A stretch of 64,000 bases of DNA from Gammaproteobacteria bacterium (GTDB lineage: Bacteria > Pseudomonadota > Gammaproteobacteria > Arenicellales > Poriferihabitantaceae), in NCBI GenBank assembly GCA_024644945.1, contig JAHEGU010000010.1:4761-68760 (forward strand), written 5' to 3'. Under the pieces are notes generated by a model that was not told the DNA's origin, ran no database searches, and saw only the letters and a program-made list of their open reading frames with translations. Below are positions 57,981 to 64,000 of this stretch, piece after piece; the stretch's first letter is position 1, and each line of letters starts with the position of its first letter. The translations under genes were made by a program, and so were the position numbers.

Positions 57981-59036
57981 TCACTGGGCTTTCATCATTG
58001 AATCAATCTTACTCTTGTCGAGCGCACGTTCTCGAACTACGTCCATAGTTATCTGGCGCCGACGCACCAGATCCAGGAGGCATTGATCCATCGTTTGCAT
58101 GCCCAGGTTATGACTGGTCTGCATAACTGAATACATCTGAGGCACTTTATTTTCCCGTATTAAGTTACGAATCGCTGGCGTTCCAATCATGATTTCCCAG
58201 GCCCCTATTCGCCCTCCCTCAGGCTTCGGCAGCAGTGTCTGAGAAATAACTGCTTCGATCGATTCAGACAACATCGAACGGATCATGTCTTTCTCATTTC
58301 CAGGAAATACATCGATAATTCGGTCTACCGATTTAGCTGCAGATGTTGTGTGCAAAGTGGCTAGTACCAGGTGACCGGTTTCAGCGGCAGTCAACGCCAG
58401 GCGGATGGTTTCGATATCCCGCATCTCTCCCACCAGAATCACATCGGGGTCTTCCCGAAGAGCGGACCGCAAAGCAGCGGAAAAACTGTGGGTATGTTCA
58501 TGCAGCTCACGCTGGTTAATGACACTGTTCTTCGAGGTGTGGACAAACTCGATAGGATCTTCGATGGTAAGTATGTGCGCCCTTTTATTCTCGTTAATAT
58601 GGTTCACCATCGCCGCAAGAGTGGTGGATTTTCCTGAACCTGTAGGCCCTGTCACGAGTAATAGCCCTTTCTGAAGTAATGAAAGCTGAGAAAATATCGC
58701 CGGCGCGTTGAGATCTTCCAAGGTCAGAATGATATTTGGAATCGCGCGAAAAACCGCTGATGGCCCATGCAACTGGTTAAACGCGTTAACCCGGAATCGC
58801 GCCACACCTGGTAAATCTACGGAAAAGTCGGTTTCAAGGTGCTCTTCGAATGATTTACGCTGATTATCATTCATTAGGTCATACAACATCGCATGTACGA
58901 CCTCAGCTCCGAACGGATCAACGTTTATTCGCTTAATATCCCCATCGATACGAATCAACGGCGGCAGACTAGAGGACAAATGAAGGTCCGAGGCGCGGCT
59001 CTTGACCGCGAACGTAAGCAATTCTGATAACTCCAC
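57981..59036 (-). CDS. pilT: Type IV pilus twitching-motility ATPase PilT
   Basis: Near-collinear with P. aeruginosa PilT as I remember it: ASDLHLS, VARFRVNAFNQ, GPTGSGKSTTLAAM, ILTIEDPIEFVH, ILVGEMRD, GHLVLATLHT, AIRNLIRE. Confidence 0.95.
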   Translation of the reverse strand: MELSELLTFAVKSRASDLHLSSSLPPLIRIDGDIKRINVDPFGAEVVHAMLYDLMNDNQRKSFEEHLETDFSVDLPGVARFRVNAFNQLHGPSAVFRAIPNIILTLEDLNAPAIFSQLSLLQKGLLLVTGPTGSGKSTTLAAMVNHINENKRAHILTIEDPIEFVHTSKNSVINQRELHEHTHSFSAALRSALREDPDVILVGEMRDIETIRLALTAAETGHLVLATLHTTSAAKSVDRIIDVFPGNEKDMIRSMLSESIEAVISQTLLPKPEGGRIGAWEIMIGTPAIRNLIRENKVPQMYSVMQTSHNLGMQTMDQCLLDLVRRRQITMDVVRERALDKSKIDSMMKAQ

Positions 59037-59195
59037 CGATTTCCCCCTTTTATCTTGGAAAGACTATGATTTTAACTGTTGTAGCGCCAGCGCAACATAT
59101 ATAATTCATGCACATAGCGAATATTATTAATCTAAGTATAACCTTTTTTTAGACAAAATTAAGCCCGGGATAACGATTCCGGGGTGATCTTTATT

Positions 59196-59900
59196 ATGCA
59201 CAATTTGGCGCAAAATCTTGCTCACATCACCCACGACATCGTCCGATTCAGTGATTTATATGGTCGAACTAGTGGTTCCGTGCGGTTAATAGCGGTTGGC
59301 AAGAAGCATCCAGTTGAGAAGATTTTGGCACTTGCTGAGGCCGGCCAGCGGGATTTTGGTGAAAATTACCTGCAGGAGGCGATGGAGAAAATTATTCATT
59401 GCAGACAGGTCAGGGATGCCTCAGCGCCCCCCCTCACCTGGCATTTTATCGGCCATATCCAGAGCCGGAAGTGCAAAGATCTGGCTGCAAATTTTGATTG
59501 GGTGCACACCGTAGAATCGGCTAAAGTTGCGCGAAAATTAAGCCAGCATAGATCCGGTGAACCTCTCAATGTATTAATCCAAGTTAATATCGATAGTGAA
59601 GAGTCCAAATCCGGTATTGACGGTTCTGAACTGTTACCGCTGGCAACAGAAATCGTTGCACTGCCAAATCTTAAGTTACGAGGCTTGATGATACTTCCCA
59701 AAGCCGAAGACGACTTTTCCAAACAACGGGAAGTCTTTGCACGTTGCAGGGAGCTGCTCGAGATCCTTAATCGAAACGGATTCGAGGTTGATCAGCTATC
59801 GATGGGCATGACCAACGATATGGAGGCGGCAATTGCCGAAGGTGCAACCCAAGTTCGAATAGGTACCGCCCTATTTGGTCCACGTCCAATCAGCTCCTGA
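59196..59900 (+). CDS. yggS: YggS-family pyridoxal-phosphate homeostasis protein
   Basis: MHNLAQNLAHI... parallels the E. coli YggS N-terminus. PLP lysine in LIAVGKKHP. FGENYLQE, WHFIGHIQSRK, LSMGMTNDMEAAI. The track ORF starts 4 codons earlier at a GTG. Confidence 0.92.
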   Translation: MHNLAQNLAHITHDIVRFSDLYGRTSGSVRLIAVGKKHPVEKILALAEAGQRDFGENYLQEAMEKIIHCRQVRDASAPPLTWHFIGHIQSRKCKDLAANFDWVHTVESAKVARKLSQHRSGEPLNVLIQVNIDSEESKSGIDGSELLPLATEIVALPNLKLRGLMILPKAEDDFSKQREVFARCRELLEILNRNGFEVDQLSMGMTNDMEAAIAEGATQVRIGTALFGPRPISS

Positions 59901-59927
59901 ATCGCTCCGAATCACTACTAAATTAAC

Positions 59928-60764
59928 ATGAGCAACCTCGATCACCCTGTCATTGCATTTATAGGTGGTGGCAATATGTCATCCAGCATAATCGGCGGAC
60001 TCATTAAATCAGGCTGGCCCGCGAAAAAAATCAGGGTATCTGATCCGGTCGCAGAGCAACGGCAAAAACTGATTACCCAGTATTCATTACACTGCTTCGA
60101 GGATAACGGAGCATGCGTGGATGGCGCCGAGGTGGTGGTGCTGGGCGTTAAACCCCAGATGCTTAAGGAAGCGGTCTTATCCGTTGCTAGTCAGCTCTCA
60201 GAACAGACACCTTTACTTGTTTCAATTGCGGCTGGCATTCCGAGTGGCAGCATCATAGGCTGGATAGGAAGAGAATTGCCTTTTATCAGAGTAATGCCGA
60301 ATACTCCCGCTCTGGTAAATTGTGGGGTGTCTGGTTTGTTTGCAAGTTCCCTGACCACCAAACCACAGAGGCAACTGGCTGAATCCTTGATGCGCGCGGT
60401 TGGAGAAGTTATTTGGGTCAATGACGAAAAACTCATTGATACCGTAACGGGCGTTTCGGGCAGCGGCCCTGCGTATTTTTTCAAAATGATGGAGCTTATG
60501 ATTACTGAAGGCATTACGAATGGATTAACACCCGCCGCGGCAAAAACTTTGGTTGTCGAAACAGCAAGGGGGGCGGCCAGCCTGATCGGAAGCAGCTCCC
60601 TTGAACCTGCCGAATTACGACGTCAAGTTACTTCTCCCGGCGGTACCACCGAGGCGGGTATTCGCTACATGGAGCAGGCTGGCATTGATGATGCCATTCG
60701 AGGCGGTGTCAAAGCGGCCGTGCTTCGTTCAAGTGAACTCTCCAAACAATTCGGAGGCAACTGA
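59928..60764 (+). CDS. proC: Pyrroline-5-carboxylate reductase
   Basis: IAFIGGGNMSSSIIGGL NADP site, LGVKPQ, RVMPNTPALV, SGSGPAYFF, VTSPGGTTEAGI. 278 aa. Confidence 0.95.
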   Translation: MSNLDHPVIAFIGGGNMSSSIIGGLIKSGWPAKKIRVSDPVAEQRQKLITQYSLHCFEDNGACVDGAEVVVLGVKPQMLKEAVLSVASQLSEQTPLLVSIAAGIPSGSIIGWIGRELPFIRVMPNTPALVNCGVSGLFASSLTTKPQRQLAESLMRAVGEVIWVNDEKLIDTVTGVSGSGPAYFFKMMELMITEGITNGLTPAAAKTLVVETARGAASLIGSSSLEPAELRRQVTSPGGTTEAGIRYMEQAGIDDAIRGGVKAAVLRSSELSKQFGGN

Positions 60765-61333
60765 TGTCGTATTTCCAGGATGCGCTGAGTGTCACTATTG
60801 AGGTTCTCGTGGGACTCTATCTGATTGCGGTCATTCTTCGGTTTCTATTTCAGCTATTCAGGGTGGATTTTCATAATCCAATCTCCCAGACAATCGTCAA
60901 GGTAACCAACCCTCCCTTGCGACTGCTACGACGGTTTGTCCCGGGGCTATTTGGAATTGACATGGCCTCGGTGGTGCTGATCCTTATTGTTGGCTTCGTC
61001 AAACTGTATCTGCTCACAAGCATTAGCGGAGCAAAAATTGCACCAGCTGCAATTGCGGTCATGAGCTTGGCGGAAATCCTGAATATCATTTGCTGGATTT
61101 TGCTGATTGCTATTTTCGCACGTGCGATTCTGAGCTGGATCGCGCCGCGCAGCTATCATCCGGCAATCCGCCTACTGGATGGTCTGAGTGAACCGTTGCT
61201 GGCACCATTCAGAAAGTTATTGCCAAGCATGGGGGGGCTGGATCTATCACCAATTTTTGCGATACTTGCAATCAATCTAGTACAACGATTGCTGGTCAAT
61301 CCGCTGTTTGATTTAAGCCGGCAGTTGCTATAG
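60764..61333 (+). CDS. yggT: YggT-family membrane protein
   Basis: 189 aa with four or five TM helices and two YGGT-like repeats. It occupies the conserved yggS-proC-yggT position and overlaps the proC stop (ATGA-type). Confidence 0.85.
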   Translation: MSYFQDALSVTIEVLVGLYLIAVILRFLFQLFRVDFHNPISQTIVKVTNPPLRLLRRFVPGLFGIDMASVVLILIVGFVKLYLLTSISGAKIAPAAIAVMSLAEILNIICWILLIAIFARAILSWIAPRSYHPAIRLLDGLSEPLLAPFRKLLPSMGGLDLSPIFAILAINLVQRLLVNPLFDLSRQLL

Positions 61334-62893
61334 CTGGTGTTGACCGTTTGCACGCCCGCTGGCGTCAATATCCAGTTGTCGTGTCGCGAGCAGTATTAAT
61401 ATGATTACCGGTACTCCAAGTGCCGTTGTAACAATAAAAAACTGAGAATATCCGATACTGTCCACCATTGACCCTGAATATCCACCCAAAGTTTTGGGCA
61501 GCAGAGTCATCAACGAAGAAAAAATTGCATACTGCATTGCGGTAAATTGAATATTTGTCAAGGCGGAGAGAAACGCCACAAATGCAGTGCCGGCTATTCC
61601 GGCGGCGAGATTATCAGCAATAATTACAGTAATGAGGAGTGGAACGCTATTACCAGTTTGGGCCAATAGCAGGAAAAGCAGGTTTGTACCTGCCGAAAGA
61701 ATCGCCCCAAGCAACAAGATACGCATTACACCATAACGCAAGGCGAGTACCCCACCGACCAGACCACCAAAAATGACCATCACCAGTCCGAAGGTTTTTG
61801 AGATCAGACCAACCTGACTCTTACTGAACATCAGGTCATAGTAAAACACGTTTGAAATAGTACCGAGAACGATATCCGACATCCGGTATAACCCAATCAG
61901 TCCAAGAAACAGCCAGGCCGTCGCCACACCATATCGCTGAAAGAAGTCCTGAATGGGCTCGACGTAACTGAAGTTTATAGTCTGCTGCTCAACCAAACCG
62001 AGTTTAGTCAGGCTACGAGCGGCCACCCCTGCACTGAGGATGGCAAAGCCCAGCCGAAGCATTTCCACAAGCACTCCAGCAAGCTGTTTGTTTGCAAGCA
62101 GATCTGAAAGTAAATCTCTTAGGAGCGAAGCAGGGGTTGAAGTCAGTATGTAACAACCAATAAACATCAGAGCACAAACCACAAATAACAGCACCAGCTT
62201 AAGGTTTTCTGTAACCGCATTTTCAATTTTTGCTGATCGTTCAGGTTCCGAGATAATCAGAGTGGTTACGATACCAACTATCATTGCGCTGCTCATCAAT
62301 TTATATGTGAGGCTCCATGCCTGAAAATCATAACTTTGCTGAACTGAGCCGAGATACTCCGCAAGAAATAGCGCGCCAGCACCAGCCAATATCATGGCAA
62401 GTCTATAGCCGGTAATATAGGTAGAAGCCAGCAGTGCCTGCATCCTCGGTTCCGCCGATTCGATTCGAAACGCATCAATCACGATGTCTTGAGTGGCTGA
62501 TGAAAACCCTAACAATACTGCAGCCAGAGCAAGCATAGTCAGTGCGCTCTCCCCTGTCGCAGGATCAACACTCGACATCATCCATATAGCCACCATCACC
62601 ATGCACTGCGACAGCAACAGCCAGCTGCGTCTTCTTCCTAATAATTTACCGATTAACGGTAACCTTAGCTGGTCAACCAAAGGGGCCCAGACAAATTTGA
62701 ACGAGTATCCCAGAGCGGCCCAACTGAAATATGTCACCGTAGAACGTGCGACACCTGCCTCTCGCAACCATACGGACAAAGAACTGAATATCAGCAGTAT
62801 AGGCATGCCTGCAGAAAACCCCAGAAACAGCATAATAAGTACCCGTCGATCGAGTAATGCTGAAAGTGAAAGTTTTTCACTGGAAGATTCCAT
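61328..62893 (-). CDS. ampG: AmpG-family muropeptide MFS permease
   Basis: ATG 62893 gives MESSSEKLSLSALLDRRVLIMLFLGFSAGMPILLIF, which looks like an AmpG N-terminus. About 14 TM segments. The track ORF adds 26 unlikely residues. Confidence 0.8.
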   Translation of the reverse strand: MESSSEKLSLSALLDRRVLIMLFLGFSAGMPILLIFSSLSVWLREAGVARSTVTYFSWAALGYSFKFVWAPLVDQLRLPLIGKLLGRRRSWLLLSQCMVMVAIWMMSSVDPATGESALTMLALAAVLLGFSSATQDIVIDAFRIESAEPRMQALLASTYITGYRLAMILAGAGALFLAEYLGSVQQSYDFQAWSLTYKLMSSAMIVGIVTTLIISEPERSAKIENAVTENLKLVLLFVVCALMFIGCYILTSTPASLLRDLLSDLLANKQLAGVLVEMLRLGFAILSAGVAARSLTKLGLVEQQTINFSYVEPIQDFFQRYGVATAWLFLGLIGLYRMSDIVLGTISNVFYYDLMFSKSQVGLISKTFGLVMVIFGGLVGGVLALRYGVMRILLLGAILSAGTNLLFLLLAQTGNSVPLLITVIIADNLAAGIAGTAFVAFLSALTNIQFTAMQYAIFSSLMTLLPKTLGGYSGSMVDSIGYSQFFIVTTALGVPVIILILLATRQLDIDASGRANGQHQL

Positions 62894-62970
62894 TAAGAAG
62901 CCAAGGTTATTATGATTGGAGGTAAGCAATGGCTCGCAATAATACCTGATCCTTCTTACATTTCCCCTCA

Positions 62971-63633
62971 ATGCATTCAGATAAAAACAGCTTTATAAAA
63001 CTTTGTATCGACAACGAAATACTGCGATTCGGAGAATTTACCTTAAAGTCCGGTCGCGTCAGTCCCTATTTTTTTAACGCTGGACTGTTCAATAACGGTC
63101 AACTGCTCGCGGAACTGGCAGGCTATTACGCTGCTTTAATTGTAAAAAAACTGGTGCCAAATCTCGACGAATTCATGCTGTACGGCCCGGCATACAAAGG
63201 CATTCCTCTAGCTGCAGCCACCGCGGTCCAGCTTTCGAGCCAGTATGAAATCAAGGTTGATTACGCATTCAACCGAAAAGAAACCAAAGACCACGGTGAA
63301 GGTGGAATAATTGTCGGTGCGCCATTACAGGGCAACGTCGTAATTATTGACGACGTGATCACCGCGGGAACGTCCGTCAGAGAGTCCGTTGACATCATAA
63401 AATCTGAGGGCGCGACTCCCGCGGCAGTCGCCATTGCGCTTGATCGTCAGGAAGTCACTGGACATCAGAACAGATCTGCGGTCCAGTCAGTGCAGCATAA
63501 CTACAAGCTGCCCGTGCATGCAATTATCATACTTGAGGATCTGATTGATCATTTACAGCAGGATCCCGCCAACCAAGAATATGCTGAATCTGTGATCAAC
63601 TATCGTAATATGTATGGATTGGAAAGTGACTGA
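62971..63633 (+). CDS. pyrE: Orotate phosphoribosyltransferase
   Basis: FGEFTLKSGRVSPYFFNAG, GPAYKGIP, and PRPP motif VVIIDDVITAGTSVRES. 220 aa. Confidence 0.95.
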   Translation: MHSDKNSFIKLCIDNEILRFGEFTLKSGRVSPYFFNAGLFNNGQLLAELAGYYAALIVKKLVPNLDEFMLYGPAYKGIPLAAATAVQLSSQYEIKVDYAFNRKETKDHGEGGIIVGAPLQGNVVIIDDVITAGTSVRESVDIIKSEGATPAAVAIALDRQEVTGHQNRSAVQSVQHNYKLPVHAIIILEDLIDHLQQDPANQEYAESVINYRNMYGLESD

Positions 63634-63656
63634 GCCATGTGTAGCTTTCAACGGCC

Positions 63657-64000
63657 TCACATATTATCGATGTATGACTTTGCTTCGTTACTGCCATTGT
63701 CTGCAGCAGACTGAATCCAATAAAAACCCAGGGCTTCATTCTTATCCGGATTCTCATTCATATGGTACAAACCGATTCGAAACTGGGCATCCCCTTGGCC
63801 CTTTTGCGCCGCTCGTTGATACCATTCCAGAGCCATATTGAAATCCTCCGCTACCCCTTCTCCACGCTCATATAAACGCCCTACCTGATACTGCGAGTCC
63901 AGGTGCCCATCCTGCGCGAGTGGTTCCCAATAAGCGAATGCTTGCTCGTACTGTTGTTTTTCGGTCGCCTGCAGACCGAGCTTATACATGCCAAACTGAT
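63657..64000 (-). CDS. Sel1-repeat (TPR-like) protein, N-terminus beyond window edge
   Basis: Repeated Sel1 signature: AQ..LG.MY..G.GV..D...A..WY..AA..G. The frame stays open upstream of the listed Met (…QFGMYKLG) to position 64000, so the gene is partial. Confidence 0.75.
   Translation of the reverse strand, partial: QFGMYKLGLQATEKQQYEQAFAYWEPLAQDGHLDSQYQVGRLYERGEGVAEDFNMALEWYQRAAQKGQGDAQFRIGLYHMNENPDKNEALGFYWIQSAADNGSNEAKSYIDNM

Overview
This window looks like about 64 kb of ordinary gammaproteobacterial core chromosome. GC is roughly 50% by eye. The gene order (algU/rpoE-mucA-mucB, glnA-ntrBC, pilT-pilU / yggS-proC-yggT, hflKC-purA) resembles Pseudomonas or marine Cellvibrionales/Oceanospirillales-type genomes.

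Coding density is very high, and almost every long ORF in the track can be assigned from motifs visible in its translation. The main blocks, in order:
- SLT lytic transglycosylase (partial), an ArsR-methyltransferase fusion, prc, avtA, and a 2-phosphoglycerate-kinase-like ATP-cone/P-loop protein.
- rpoE-rseA-rseB and recJ.
- A complete-looking gspD-E-F-G-H-I-J-K-L-M type II secretion cluster directly downstream of hom.
- A DUF498 protein, pdxJ, an exported MsrA-MsrB fusion, an FMN glutamate-synthase-like protein, and an orphan sulfotransferase.
- rnr-rlmB, pntAB, long-form hisG, and a LysM lipoprotein.
- hflK-hflC-DUF2065-purA-gabD, and glnA-ntrB-ntrC with readable sigma54/NtrC regulatory sites.
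- A DUF938 methyltransferase, a 1160-aa AsmA-like protein, ttcA, a class-V aminotransferase, and argC.
- A DUF2868 plus GTPase/DUF3482 pair, pilT-pilU, yggS-proC-yggT, ampG, pyrE, and a Sel1-repeat protein (partial).

I found no rRNA or tRNA genes, CRISPR arrays, IS elements, integrases, phage genes or obvious genomic-island boundaries. I also see no clear-cut novel multi-gene system.

The best candidates for undescribed biology are modest:
1. The translationally coupled DUF2868 membrane protein and coiled-coil/glycine-zipper GTPase pair (53.8-56.7 kb).
2. The bacterial 2-PGK-like double ATP-cone kinase (5.5-6.7 kb).
3. A T2SS cluster that lacks gspC/gspN/gspO and whose secretin carries an extra ~100-aa N-terminal module.
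4. An orphan sulfotransferase.

All calls rest on reading the translations and sequence by eye. No database, HMM or folding computation was run.
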